A DNA stretch of 63,972 nucleotides, counting the filler, from Malassezia furfur (Eukaryota), in the NCBI GenBank assembly GCA_052055015.1. It is 5 parts of 5 records of this genome, joined end to end, with 100 filler letters (N's around TTAATTAATTAA, not from the genome) between each part and the next. Parts side by side here need not be neighbours in the genome. Positions count along the whole stretch, not along the records: positions 40,044 to 53,170 come from JBQJIT010000326.1; positions 53,271 to 63,972 come from JBQJIT010000387.1; 3 more parts are not named here. One strand, written 5' to 3'. The position numbers were made by a program, and so were the translations under genes. Positions 49,516 to 60,750 of the stretch are shown here, piece by piece (the stretch's first letter is position 1; every line of letters begins with the position of its first letter). The notes under the pieces are model-generated. The model saw nothing but the letters and a program-made list of their open reading frames with translations. It did no database searches and was not told where the DNA came from.

Positions 49516-52500
49516 ATGGCTCACTACGCGGGTGAGGGATGGTCTGAGCGGAATCCGATTCCGACAGTACAGCAGTATGAACGCGAGATGCGCGAGCGGC
49601 GTGGGGAGACGGAGGAGCCGTCGACATGGTCGAGCATGTGGGACCGGTGGACGTCGTCGTCGAACGACGAGCGCGATCCTGGTGTCCCCAGCGAAGTAGG
49701 CAACTCAGGGGCGGCGGTCATTCCCAAGTACGCGCAGCCGACAACGCACGAGCAAGACGAGTTCACGGATGCGCCTTCGTCGTTGGGCCATGCGCCGGCA
49801 TCGGGCGGCACGGTGCTGGAGGGCCGTGACCTCGAGGCGGGGCGCAACCCCGAATGGCAGAACGGGTCGGGCCCTTCGCCGTACGAGAGCACGGGCATGG
49901 CTGGCGCGTACGGCAGCGGTGCGTATGGCAACGACACGTCGGGCCAGAACACGTCCTCGGCCGGCGCACCGCAGCGCACGTCTGCGAGCCAAGGCGAAGT
50001 GCCCCAGCGCCGCTCCGGGGCCCAAGGCGAGGCATCGCAGGGCAGTTCCGGGGGGCAAGGCGAGGCGCCGCAGCAGCCTCACAAGGAGAAGCACAAGCGC
50101 GAGGTGGTCTCGGACAAGGGCGGTGGCGAAGAGGAGAAGAACCGCATCAAGGAGGCGGCCAAGGCAAGTAAGCAGAAGACGACGAACCATTTCGTGGCCA
50201 AAGGTGAGCGCGAGGTCGACGACCCGATTACGGGCGGCGACGTCATTATCCGCGATGGCAAGAAGAACACGACGATCGACACCAAGCGCCTCGACTCGCG
50301 TTTCCCGAACGGCTACTCCACGCAGCCGCTCAAGGACGACGCCGTGCAGGACCCGCGGTACACGAGCCCCGAGCCGGTGGAGCCGTCGTCGGTACTGCTG
50401 CAGCCGTTCCCCGAGCCGCCCAACACGGAGATTCTGGAGCAGCTGAAGATGTCGTTCAACAATGTGGCGCTCTGGGTGGCCGCGCTGATCATCGTGGTGT
50501 GGGCCATGTCGGCGTTTGGGCACGGGTGGTTCGCGTTCTTTGCGCGCACCGGTGTGCTGCTGGTCGCCGCGCTGTTTGTGTATGGTGCGCTGGGTCTGGC
50601 GTTCAGCAACGTGAACAAGTCGATGGAGGCGCTGCGCGCAGCGATGCACAAGCAGCGCGGCGAGAAGTTCTGCCCGCCGATGCCCGAGAGTGTCGAGTGG
50701 CTCAACGCGGCGATTGCGTGCCTCTGGAAACAGCTGAACCCCGAGATGTTTGTGTCGATGCTGGACATGGTCGAGGACATTATGCAAAGCTCGCTGCCGA
50801 GCTTTGTCGAGGCGGTGAAGATCTCCGACTTTGGCCTCGGTGAGAACCCCCTGCGGATGATTGCGATGCGCGCGCTGGCGGACGTGATGACCGACCCCGA
50901 GTACCCCCGGCGGACGTGGATCGAGCACAGCGAGGGCACGCACGACGGCACGGAGAAGGACGGCGCCGACGAGGCGCAGGGCGACGAGGGCGACGCCGCC
51001 GGCGAGCTCAAGGAGTCCAAGGAGCAGGACGACGCGGGCGACTTTTTGAACATGGAGGTGAGCTTCTGCTACTCGGCCATGTCGGGCGAGACGACCAAAG
51101 ACCGCTCCAAGAACGTGCATCTGCTCGTCGAGTTCTTCCTCGGTGCGTTTGACTGGGTCGAGATTCCGCTGCCCGTGTGGGTGCAGGTGGACCACATCAT
51201 CGGCACGGTGCGTCTGCGTGCGCAGATCACCTCCGAGGCGCCCTTCCTGCGCAACCTCACCTTTTCGCTGATGGGTGTGCCGAGTGTGGCGATCAGTGCG
51301 ATCCCCATGGCGCGCTTCCTGCCGAACGTGCTGGACCTGCCGCTGATCAGCAACTTCGTGCAGTCGTCGATCGCCGCGGCGTGCAACATGTACGTCGCGC
51401 CGAAGAGCATGACGATGAACATGACCGAGATGCTCGCGGGCGACGGCATCAAGAAGGACACGGACGCGCTCGGTGTGCTGATGGTCAACATCAAGTACGG
51501 CTACAACCTCTCGTCGCAGGACGTCAACGGCAAGTCGGACCCGTACACGGTGCTGAGCTTTGCCAAGTTTGGGCGCCCGCTGTATGCCACGCGCATCATC
51601 TTTGAGGACCTGAACCCCGTGTGGGAGGAGACGGCGTTCCTGCTCGTGTCGCGCGACGACCTGCGCTCCGGCGAAAGTCTCTCGCTGCAGCTCTGGGACT
51701 CGGACAAGCACACGGCGGACGACATTGTGGGCCGTGTCAACATGCCGCTCACCGACCTGATCCGCAAGCCGAACGAGATCATCGAGAAGACGTCGGACCT
51801 GATGGGCTTTGAGGACGCCGACCAGATGCAGGGCCAGCTGCGCTGGTCGGCCGGCTTCTTTGAGAAGGCCAAGCTCAACCGCAAGCTCGAGCAGAAGAAG
51901 GACACGAAGAACGAGTCGCAGGCGGAGAAGGAGAGCGAGCGCCAGCCGTCGCCGATCGACACCAAGGAAGAGGCCGGCACGCTGTACATCCCGCCGGACC
52001 CGCAGTGGCCGTGCGGTGTGCTGAGCGTGGTTGTGCGCCACATTGACGGGCTCGAGAACCGCGAGGTGGAGAAGGGCGTCAAGGGCTCGGACCGCGAGGG
52101 CGCATCGGGCCAGGACATCGACTCGGGCACCAACCAGCTCCCGTCGAGCTACGCCGAGGTGATCCTCAACGACAACCTGCTGTTCAAGACGCGCGTCAAG
52201 CAGTACAGCAACATGCCCTTCTTCAATGCCGGTACCGAGCTCTTTGTGCGCGACTGGACCAAGGCGGAGCTGCGCGTCGTGGTGCGCGACACGCGCCTGC
52301 GCGAGCACGACCCGATCATGGGCATTGTGGCGCTGCCGCTCCGCGACCTCTTCAAGAAGGCGTCGCAGGTCGAGCAGATGTTCAGTCTGCAGGACGGTGT
52401 GGGGTACGGCAAGGTGGCGCTCAGCCTGCTCTTCAAGGCGGTGCGCCTCTCCATCCCGCCCGAGCTGCGCGGCTTCAACACGGTCCACGTCGACATCCTG

Positions 52501-53170
52501 AGCAACATCGAGGTGGAGAGCAGCTCGCAGGAGTGGAGCAGCAAGCTGAACAGCCTCAAGCTCACCATCGTCGCGGGCCTGCACGAGTTCAAGATGCGTG
52601 CGCTGCGCAAGCACCACGAGTCGAGCGAGCACGAGCCGCTCATCTCCGTGCCGGTGTACGACCGCTACTCGACGCTCCTCGTGTTCGAGTTTGGGCGCTC
52701 GCCGCTCCCGGGCCTGAACAAGCCGAACGCGATCGCCATGCTGCCGCTCCGCGAGCTCGAGGACGGCCAGATGACCGACGTCGTGCTCCCGGTGCTGCAC
52801 GCTGCCAACACGAAGCAGCTCGAGCGCAACTACATCAACTCCCAGGCCAAGGACACGCACGACTTCGAGGAGGTCGGCACGATCAGCATGCGTCTGTGCG
52901 TCAACCCCGGCCTCTCGGAGGCGTTCCGCCCGATCGCGACGGGCGCGCGCGACCGCCACGAGTTCGAGGTGTACGAGCGCCTCGTCGGCCTGCCGATGCG
53001 CGCCGAGGAGAACTCGCACGCAAACGACGACGGCATCATCACGCGCCAGGAGCGCCGCGCCATCAACCGCGCACAGACCGAGCAGCTGCACATGCGCCAC
53101 CGCGGCGCCATGGGCTACACGCCCGTGCGCACCGCCAAGTGGGCCAAGGACGGGCTCAAGGACCACGTGC
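49516..53170 (+). CDS. SMP plus tandem C2-domain membrane-tether protein (Mug190/tricalbin-related), 3' partial
   Basis: TM hairpin, SMP start PESVEWLN, C2 SDPYTVLSF..DLNPVWEET..LWDSD, second C2 domain; cut by linker. Confidence 0.85.
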
Positions 53171-53270
53171 NNNNNNNNNNNNNNNNNNNNNNNNNNNNNN
53201 NNNNNNNNNNNNNNTTAATTAATTAANNNNNNNNNNNNNNNNNNNNNNNNNNNNNNNNNNNNNNNNNNNN
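53171..53270. other. Artificial contig linker
   Basis: N44-TTAATTAATTAA-N44. Confidence 0.98.
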
Positions 53271-53338
53271 CTAATCCTAATCCTAATCCTAATCCTAATC
53301 CTAATCCTAATCCTAATCCTAATCCCTATCCTAATCCC
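53271..53338 (-). repeat. Telomeric repeat (TTAGGA)n, read as (CTAATC)n on +
   Basis: Nine perfect CTAATC units starting at the first base of the contig, then CCTATC, CTAATC. C-rich strand at a 5' end, as expected for a chromosome end. Confidence 0.88.
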
Positions 53339-53616
53339 TTTTATGGGGCAATCAAACTAACGCAAAATAAAGTTTTGCATGCGCAGCCTGTTATACGTAT
53401 CACCATTTCGACTAATTATAGATTCAAAACATCACGTCTTTGCGAAAATCATCTTACATGGCGTAACCCTAACGCTTATTCGGTTGCATACCCCATAAAT
53501 GATGGCGAGGCAGCATCTTACTATTATCCGAAACATTGAATCCATGATCTTCGTTAGCTTCGCGAGCATCACGGCTATAGAATAGAGTACTGATGAAGAG
53601 CAGTAGATTTAGCACA

Positions 53617-55014
53617 ATGCACCTTCCTATCCTTTACTTCTTTCTACTCTTCACTATAAGCGGTGTATTTGCGCATCTGCATTCACGTAATCGACGCGCT
53701 TCTATACCCACGCCCCCCAATGACCCTTTCTACTATCCGCCAGATGGCTGGGAATCTAAGCAGCCTGGTGATATCCTGAAGACTCGTAAAGTCAACCTCG
53801 CCCTATTCCAAGTTGACCAGCTAAATTACAAAGAGGCTCACCAGATTCTTTACCGAACTACTGCTTCATATGAGAGTGAGCCGTCTTATACGGTTACTAC
53901 TGTGATCGTCCCTTACAATGCTCAGAGGAACAAGCTGGTCAACTACCAAGTTTACACTGATGCCAATGGAGCTCAGTGCGCCCCTTCGTACTCGATGCGT
54001 AAGGGTGGCAACCTTGGCAACGACATTCTGCTTAATTACCAGCAGCTTTTATTTTCCACTTTCTTGGATGAAGGCTGGATTCTGACAATTCCTGATTATC
54101 AAGGACCGATGCGCGCTTTTGCTGCCGGACGGCTCGAAGCACACATGTCTCTTGATTGTGTCCGTGCTACGCTGAATTTCAACCTTACGGAGCTCAGCAA
54201 AGATGCCAAGGTCGTCACCTACGGTTACTCGGGAGGTGCCATCGCATCTGGCTGGACGGCTGCATTGCAACCTAGCTATGCACCCGAGATCAATGCAGTG
54301 GGTTTCGCTCTGGGGGGTACACCAGCCAATGTCACCAACACGGTGCAGAGCCTCGACAAAGGCCTATTTTCTGGGCTGTGTGTCACCGGTTTCACTGGAA
54401 TATACTATGCGTTCAGTTCAATCCAAGACTGGGCTAGGGGCAAAATCTATCCAAAAGGTGTGGAAGCCATGGAATATGCAAGGGCCCATTGCCTTATTGA
54501 TGTTCAGGTCAAATATCCATTCAACCATGTGTTCAGTGATGAATTCTTCAGGAACGGTGAAAATTTACTGTATGAACCATTCATCCAATCCATCATTGGT
54601 GATATCGTCTTGGGTCTAAAAGAAAGTGAAACACCGCAAGCGCCTGTTTACATGTTCCATTCTCAACATGATGAGATTGTTCCCTTCCCGGCCGCCAAGA
54701 AAGCTGCCGAGGACTGGGCCAAGCATGGGGCGGATGTCTTCTTCCAAGAGTTCTCTGACCTCACGTCCGAGCATGCATTCTCGGAAATTGGCAATATACC
54801 CAACACCCTCTTCTTCATCCGAGATCGCTTCGAAGGGAAACCATTTCCGAAAGGATTGACGCGCAAGGTTAGTCGAAATGGACTGGACGACCCGAATGCT
54901 TCCCTGCGTGGGCTTGAGTATCTCGTGAACGCCATTCAGGATGTTCTTGGCAGAAAAATCGGTCCTAGCGACTCCTTGATCAAGGAAAAGATCCTTCAGC
55001 AAGCATACTCGTAA
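53617..55014 (+). CDS. Secreted lipase, LIP (Candida/Malassezia secretory lipase) family
   Basis: Signal peptide MHLPILYFFLLFTISGVFA, PPNDPFY, CAPSY, PDYQGP, nucleophile GYSGG, DEIVP, SEH. Alternative ATG at 53593. Confidence 0.95.
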   Translation: MHLPILYFFLLFTISGVFAHLHSRNRRASIPTPPNDPFYYPPDGWESKQPGDILKTRKVNLALFQVDQLNYKEAHQILYRTTASYESEPSYTVTTVIVPYNAQRNKLVNYQVYTDANGAQCAPSYSMRKGGNLGNDILLNYQQLLFSTFLDEGWILTIPDYQGPMRAFAAGRLEAHMSLDCVRATLNFNLTELSKDAKVVTYGYSGGAIASGWTAALQPSYAPEINAVGFALGGTPANVTNTVQSLDKGLFSGLCVTGFTGIYYAFSSIQDWARGKIYPKGVEAMEYARAHCLIDVQVKYPFNHVFSDEFFRNGENLLYEPFIQSIIGDIVLGLKESETPQAPVYMFHSQHDEIVPFPAAKKAAEDWAKHGADVFFQEFSDLTSEHAFSEIGNIPNTLFFIRDRFEGKPFPKGLTRKVSRNGLDDPNASLRGLEYLVNAIQDVLGRKIGPSDSLIKEKILQQAYS

Positions 55015-55515
55015 TAAGTGTACAGTCTACGCATACTGGTCTCATTTTCTCCCGGGCAGTTTTATATGATACTTATAGTTCGTTCAGTCGTTTTCAATCG
55101 ATTCGTACTTTTGTAAAATGTGACCGTACCAGACGACATGTACACGCTTGGAAAGAGGGGCTGCATACACGACTACGAGGGTCGTCCGTCGCATGGGTTC
55201 CAGAGGCGTATTCGAAGAGCGAGCGAGCGAGCAATGCTTCTCCACTTCTTGCGAAAGGTTAAGGGGACGCGCAAGGATGTTCCTCCACATGTCCAAATCT
55301 GACCAATTTTTCATGAACGAGTCATTGCCCAATACGCCGAGACCCGAGCTCTGATCTATGGACGTTGGCGAAGCGGAATCTGAGCGTGATCAAAAGGGCC
55401 GTGCTCCATCCTCCCGCCTGTAGCTAGGAACGCATTCCTACACGTCCATACCAGGAATACGTTCGTTTCAAAGCAAACAGATTCATCTCTTATATACCCA
55501 ATTGACCGACATGCT

Positions 55516-57585
55516 CTACGGAAGAGCACGCACACTCGGCTCGCGGTCCCAGTAGCGCGTGCCGGCGGCCTTGATGAAGTCGCCTTCGGTGAGGTCCACG
55601 ACGCCCTCCGTGACCTCGATAGCGGCCTTCTTCAGCAGGGCATCGGCACTCTTCGTGTATCCGATCGCCTTCAGGTGCGCGTACGCATCCTGCACCCACT
55701 GCACAGAGGCGACCTCGCCGAGCACTTCCTGCGTGCCCTGCTCCGAAAGCACCACCGCCACTGCGTCGAAAACGACCGAGGGCGTGCCCGCAAGAATGCC
55801 GTCGGCGGAGATCACGGAGCCGTCCGAGAGCTTAATGCCGTGCGCGCGCGGCGCCACAATCGTCGGCAGCGCCTTCTGGTCCCGGATCGACTTGACCAGG
55901 CTCTCGAGCTGCTGCTTGTCGGAGCCGTGGGTGATCAGAATGCCCACGGTACGGCCCTCGATGGTGTTGCGCGAGTTGTGCGTGATCGACACCGCCGGGC
56001 TGGGCTTCATGTCGACCGCCTCACGGATGGGCTTCACCTTTTCGGGCAGCTCGATGCCGAGGCCCGCTGCAACACGCGCGGCGAGCGTCTCATCCACGTT
56101 GCGCAGGTTCGCCACGATGCGCTTAGGCACCTGGGGCAGCGACACTTGAGACAGCTCAAACACAAAGCCGTTCACCATGTGCGTCTGCTCCCAAGCCGGC
56201 AGCGAGCGCCAGTGCTGGCGCGGCTGCGTGTAGTGGTCCGCAAAGCGCTCGTCGCGAGCGCGGAGCTTTTCGCCCTGCTCACGCGGCCCCGTCGCAGCCG
56301 AAGACGTGCGGAAGCCAGAGAAGGGGCACACACGCGGGCCGGTCGGCTCGCCGGCGTCGTTCAGGCTGTTGGGCTCGTAGTTAGCACGACCCTTGGGCAC
56401 GTTCATCTGCATCATGCCGTCGCGCTGGAAGTTTTGCACAGGGCACTTGGACTGGTTGATCGGCAGCTGGTGGAAGTTGGACGTGCCCAGACGCGACTTT
56501 TGGGTGTCGAGGTACGAGAAGAGACGACCCTGCAAGAGAGGGTCGTCCGAGAAGTCGATACCCGGCACGACGTGCGACGGGCAGAACGCGACCTGCTCGG
56601 TCTCGGCAAAGAAGTTGTCCGGGTTGCGGTCCAGGACCATGCGGCCGACGATCTTGACCGGGACATCCTCCTCGGGGATGATCTTGGTCGAGTCGAGCAC
56701 ATCGTAGGGCTGCGCGTTGGCGAACTCCGCGTCAAACACCTGGATACCAAACTCCCACTCGGGGTAGAGACCGGCCTCAATGGCCATCCACAGGTCCTTG
56801 CGGTGGAAGTCATTGTCGGCGCCCTGCAGCTTCACCGCCTCGTCCCACAGCGTCGACTGGACACCGAGCTTGGGGCGGAAGTGGAACTTGACAAAGTGCG
56901 CTTCGCCCTTCTCGTTCACGAGCTGGAACGTGTGGATACCGAAGCCTTGCATCATACGCAGCGAGCGCGGAATGCCGCGGTCCGACATGTTCCACATCTG
57001 CATGTGCGTCGTCTCCGGCATGAGCGACGCCCAGTCCCAGAAGGTGTCGTGCGCCGAGCCGGCCTGCGGGAACGCACGGTCCGCCTCCATCTTCACCGAG
57101 TGGACCAGGTCGGGGAACTTGATGGCATCCTGGATAAAGAAGACGGGAATGTCGTTCCCGACAAGGTCCCAGTTTCCGTCCTTCGTGTAGAACTTGACCG
57201 AGAAACCGCGCACGTCACGGGGCGTGTCCACCGAGCCGGCGCCACCGGCCACGGTCGAGAAGCGGGCAAAGACCGGCGTCTTGGTGCCCTTCTTGAACAC
57301 ATCGGCCTTGGTGAGGTGCGAGATATCCTCGGTGGCCTCAAAGTAGCCGTGTGCACCCGAGCCACGAGCGTGAACAATACGCTCAGGAATGCGCTCGTGG
57401 TCAAAGTGGAAGATCTTCTCACGCAGGACAAAGTCCTCCAGCAGCGTTGGCCCGCGCGAGCCACCCTTCAAGCTGTTCTGGTTGTCGGACACAGGAACGC
57501 CCTGGTTCGTCGTGAGGCGTCCCTCGCCGCCCTGCTGTTGCGGGTCACCCGAAGGTCCGTATTCTGTCTTCACGTTCACACCCAT
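55516..57585 (-). CDS. katE: Large-subunit (clade 2, KatE/HPII-type) heme catalase
   Basis: [15 protein letters not shown] (distal His), DLVGND (Asn), RLFSYLDTQ (proximal Tyr), C-terminal DJ-1-like domain; intronless, no signal peptide. Confidence 0.95.
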   Translation of the reverse strand: MGVNVKTEYGPSGDPQQQGGEGRLTTNQGVPVSDNQNSLKGGSRGPTLLEDFVLREKIFHFDHERIPERIVHARGSGAHGYFEATEDISHLTKADVFKKGTKTPVFARFSTVAGGAGSVDTPRDVRGFSVKFYTKDGNWDLVGNDIPVFFIQDAIKFPDLVHSVKMEADRAFPQAGSAHDTFWDWASLMPETTHMQMWNMSDRGIPRSLRMMQGFGIHTFQLVNEKGEAHFVKFHFRPKLGVQSTLWDEAVKLQGADNDFHRKDLWMAIEAGLYPEWEFGIQVFDAEFANAQPYDVLDSTKIIPEEDVPVKIVGRMVLDRNPDNFFAETEQVAFCPSHVVPGIDFSDDPLLQGRLFSYLDTQKSRLGTSNFHQLPINQSKCPVQNFQRDGMMQMNVPKGRANYEPNSLNDAGEPTGPRVCPFSGFRTSSAATGPREQGEKLRARDERFADHYTQPRQHWRSLPAWEQTHMVNGFVFELSQVSLPQVPKRIVANLRNVDETLAARVAAGLGIELPEKVKPIREAVDMKPSPAVSITHNSRNTIEGRTVGILITHGSDKQQLESLVKSIRDQKALPTIVAPRAHGIKLSDGSVISADGILAGTPSVVFDAVAVVLSEQGTQEVLGEVASVQWVQDAYAHLKAIGYTKSADALLKKAAIEVTEGVVDLTEGDFIKAAGTRYWDREPSVRALP

Positions 57586-58326
57586 ATTGCTGGTGGCTCG
57601 GGCTCAAAGTGGCCCGCCCTTTTGTACCGTTAACGCCGCCCATCCCGCCACTGTACCCTGGGGCACGAGCTAGTGATCTGGCAGCGCGTCTACGGGTTAT
57701 CTTCCAGGGTCTGTAAAATGGGCACCGTCTCATTCGTTGCTTTTTTGCGGGAAATCTGAGATTAGCTAATGCGCAGCTCCTGACTCGCTACCCTGCCGTC
57801 AAATTTTCGAAAGTGACGTACTTTCCCGCGGAGAAGTGGAAAGTCCGACAGTTGGCGACATGGGCTGCGCCCTAGACGCCCGCAAGCAAAATGACAACAT
57901 CCCCGCGTTACTAAAAAGGGGCTAGATGCCCTGGTACACGTCCGTCTATCTGTAGGCCTCGCTTCCGACGTGTTCATACGGCTCCCCCCCGCATTGCAAT
58001 TCGAATGCGAGTAGGTAAGCGGGGTTGTAATTAAGCTGTACCGAGTATTTCTGTGGGATAAGCTGGGGTTCACTATTCCCATGGCCCCGTATGGGGACGT
58101 GGAGGCTCACGGGCCTTCCGTACGAATTCATCCGGGAGCCCGTGCGCGCCTTTTCTTGTGCATGTCATTTCCACTCCGATGCACTGCGTCGTCTGCACGT
58201 GCAGGCTTAGTTTGAGGAGCGCTGAATAGCCAGTCAGTGGCGCACGTGGGCGACCTAATTTAGTGCACGGAGCACGATGCTTGTTGGTGCCTATCATGGA
58301 CGTATCCTTACTTGTCTTGTCTCGCA

Positions 58327-58333
58327 TATAAAA
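58327..58333 (+). promoter_or_regulatory. TATA box upstream of RNase T2
   Basis: TATAAAA 40 nt before the ATG. Confidence 0.5.
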
Positions 58334-58366
58334 TGAACGCACGTAGCCTTTAGCCTGCATCGCAGG

Positions 58367-59320
58367 ATGTTTAGAGCAGTGGTACTGGCGGGTTCACTCC
58401 TTTCCGCGATTGTTCATGCAAAGCTGTATGCCAACACGAGCACGGCCAACCATACCTGCATCCTGCAGACTCCCGTTCGGTCGTGCTCTGCGGCTTCTCT
58501 GAACCTCGGTGACCTCGATACTTGTTGCCAAGAAACCTACGGTGGATTACTCCTTGCAACGCAATTCTGGGACACTTACACGGGGTATGAGAGTCAAGGT
58601 CAACTGCTTCCTGAAAAGCACTGGACCGTCCATGGCCTATGGCCGGATCTCTGCAACGGTTCCTACACACAATATTGTGATCTCAATCGCCAGTATGATC
58701 CAAATCCGTCCCCTGCCGAGGTCAATGGGCAGACGGTGCCTAAGTACCAGGGGCCTGGCATTGATACCTTTGTGCGATCGGCTCAAAAACTTGATCTTTT
58801 GTCCTGGATGAACAAATATTGGGTCTCTCAGGGTCAGCCGAACAGTGATTTTTGGGCACACGAATTCAGTAAGCATGCAACATGCTACAGTACCTTTGAC
58901 ACGCCATGCTATGGGGAACATCATGAGGAACATGCAGACGTGATCGACTTTTTCGAGACGGTCGCCCGCTTCCATAAGCAACTCTCAACGTATTCGTGGC
59001 TGGAAGATGCAGGAATTGTGCCGAGCAATCAGACCTCCTACACTCTTAGTGACATTACAAATGCGCTGGAGAAGGTTACAGGCGCGAAGCCATATATTGG
59101 GTGCTCTGGACCACGCCACAACGAAACGTCTGGTGATCAGAATGACCACGGATTTACTGTATTGAGCGAGGTATGGTATTTCTACAATGTGGCAGGAAGG
59201 CCACAAGATGGTCATACGTATTCGGTCGACTCGTCGACACACTCAACTTGCTCATCTGCACCCGGTGCGATCAAGTATTACGAGCGCACGCCATCGAGCG
59301 AACAAAAAGTGAACATGTAA
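58367..59320 (+). CDS. Secreted ribonuclease T2
   Basis: Signal peptide; CAS I WTVHGLWPD and CAS II FWAHEFSKHATC. Confidence 0.95.
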   Translation: MFRAVVLAGSLLSAIVHAKLYANTSTANHTCILQTPVRSCSAASLNLGDLDTCCQETYGGLLLATQFWDTYTGYESQGQLLPEKHWTVHGLWPDLCNGSYTQYCDLNRQYDPNPSPAEVNGQTVPKYQGPGIDTFVRSAQKLDLLSWMNKYWVSQGQPNSDFWAHEFSKHATCYSTFDTPCYGEHHEEHADVIDFFETVARFHKQLSTYSWLEDAGIVPSNQTSYTLSDITNALEKVTGAKPYIGCSGPRHNETSGDQNDHGFTVLSEVWYFYNVAGRPQDGHTYSVDSSTHSTCSSAPGAIKYYERTPSSEQKVNM

Positions 59321-59550
59321 ACGGGGCGCAGTTTTCAACGGTCACAAAGCTCGCTACTAGGGCGCATTGATAGGGAATCGTATTGAGTTCTTAGGTGGTC
59401 CATGCGAACGCCACGACCTTTTTCACAGACCCATCCGGTGGAGTGAATAAAAAAACAATCCCATAGCACGGACCGCTACCCCATAATCTGCAGCCGCTTT
59501 CAGCGGATTGCTGATCGATTTCACCTTCCGCTTGACCTCACAACGAAGGG

Positions 59551-60450
59551 ATGGTGGAACGTGAAGACATCAAAATCCCATGTGGGGATGAGATCCTCGA
59601 CGCCTGGCTCTATCCTGCGGCAGGGGCGAGCGCAAGGAAACAATCCCCGGCAGTCGTGCTAGGCCATGGCCTCGGAGGTGTCAAGGAAATGCGTCTGGAT
59701 GCCTATTGTGAGCACTTCAGCCAGGCTGGCTTCGTGTGTGTAGCTTTTGATTACCGGTACTGGGGCAAGAGTTCGGGAAAGCCGCGAGGGCTGATTGATG
59801 TCGAGTTACAAATCGAAGATTGGAACACGGTGATTGACTATGTCTCCAAGCTGCCACAGGTGGATCCACAGAGGATTGGAACCTTCGGAAGCAGTTTTGG
59901 TGGTGGACACGTCATCCGCCTTGCGGCCACGAACCGGCTTGTGCGTGCAACGGTGAGTCAGTGCCCCTTTACGAATGGTTTCGCCTCTGCACGTACGGTG
60001 GGACTGCTCCCTCTGCCCAAGCTTGCCATGCTCTCTCTCTGGGACATCTTTTTCAGTTCCAAGGACGAGCCGGTACGTGTGTCGCTGCTGGGCAAACCCG
60101 GTGAGGCCGCACTTCTGAATACGCCCGACTGTGTCGCAGGGTGTCGTTCGCTACTACCGCCTGGTGTGGATACGTTTGACATCGAGGCCGTCCCCGCACG
60201 ACTTGTGCTTCATTTTCCCTTTTTGTACCCCGGCTCGTATGCGCGGTGCGTACCCACACCCATCCTTTTCGCCATTTGTGGGAGTGACTCGGTGGCTCCG
60301 CCGGGTCCGACGCTCTCCTATGCACGGCAGGCCCCCAAGGGCGTGATTCAGATGTATTCCGGCGTGGGGCATTTTGATATCTACACCGGCAAAGCGTTTG
60401 AGCAGGCCGTATCGAATTACACGGCGTTTTATCGAGTCAACCTGCAGTAA
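59551..60450 (+). CDS. Alpha/beta-fold serine hydrolase (bacterial-like)
   Basis: HGLGG, FDYRYWGKSSG, GSSFGGG nucleophile elbow, GSDSV, GHFDIY. Confidence 0.88.
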   Translation: MVEREDIKIPCGDEILDAWLYPAAGASARKQSPAVVLGHGLGGVKEMRLDAYCEHFSQAGFVCVAFDYRYWGKSSGKPRGLIDVELQIEDWNTVIDYVSKLPQVDPQRIGTFGSSFGGGHVIRLAATNRLVRATVSQCPFTNGFASARTVGLLPLPKLAMLSLWDIFFSSKDEPVRVSLLGKPGEAALLNTPDCVAGCRSLLPPGVDTFDIEAVPARLVLHFPFLYPGSYARCVPTPILFAICGSDSVAPPGPTLSYARQAPKGVIQMYSGVGHFDIYTGKAFEQAVSNYTAFYRVNLQ

Positions 60451-60706
60451 CTGCAGGGTCTACATAAAAATAGGCCGAGGGCCGTGCGCAGAGACCAATT
60501 ATGGCGTAGCAAGTGTGCATGTGCCATCATACGATCATCTCGTTCCTTACGACATTGGTCAAATGACAATGCGCCCTGACCAGGACATCTAGCTAATCGG
60601 TACAATGTGTCAACCTTATTGGTTCCTGTAAAAATGCGGGAGGACAGCTACATAGCCGTACGCCGTATGGGGCATGGGAGGATGTTCCCGTGGGGGTGGT
60701 ACATCC

Positions 60707-60714
60707 TATAAAAG
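60707..60714 (+). promoter_or_regulatory. TATA box upstream of THI5
   Basis: TATAAAAG 44 nt before ATG 60751. Confidence 0.55.
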
Positions 60715-60750
60715 ACGACGGTGGGGAGTGGCAATATTGAGCTCATCATC

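Noticed and set aside
49705..53166. Very long antisense ORFs (e.g. 49705-53166, 22946-25237, 55675-57633, 11087-12913)
   Set aside because: Mirror frames of real genes caused by high GC3; Arg/His/Val-rich with no recognisable motifs.
53339..53616. AT-rich stretch as a possible centromere core
   Set aside because: Short, only moderately AT-rich and adjacent to the telomere; better explained as the lipase promoter.
55015..55515. Short ORFs and a (GAGC)n run between lipase and catalase
   Set aside because: No family motif, no ATG-led convincing frame; cannot be supported as gene or pseudogene.
60451..60750. TPP riboswitch upstream of THI5, as found in NMT1 introns of filamentous fungi
   Set aside because: No CTGAGA core or P4/P5 consensus and no intron; only a short GGATGT/ACATCC stem before the TATA box. 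An Infernal search with the TPP model would be decisive.
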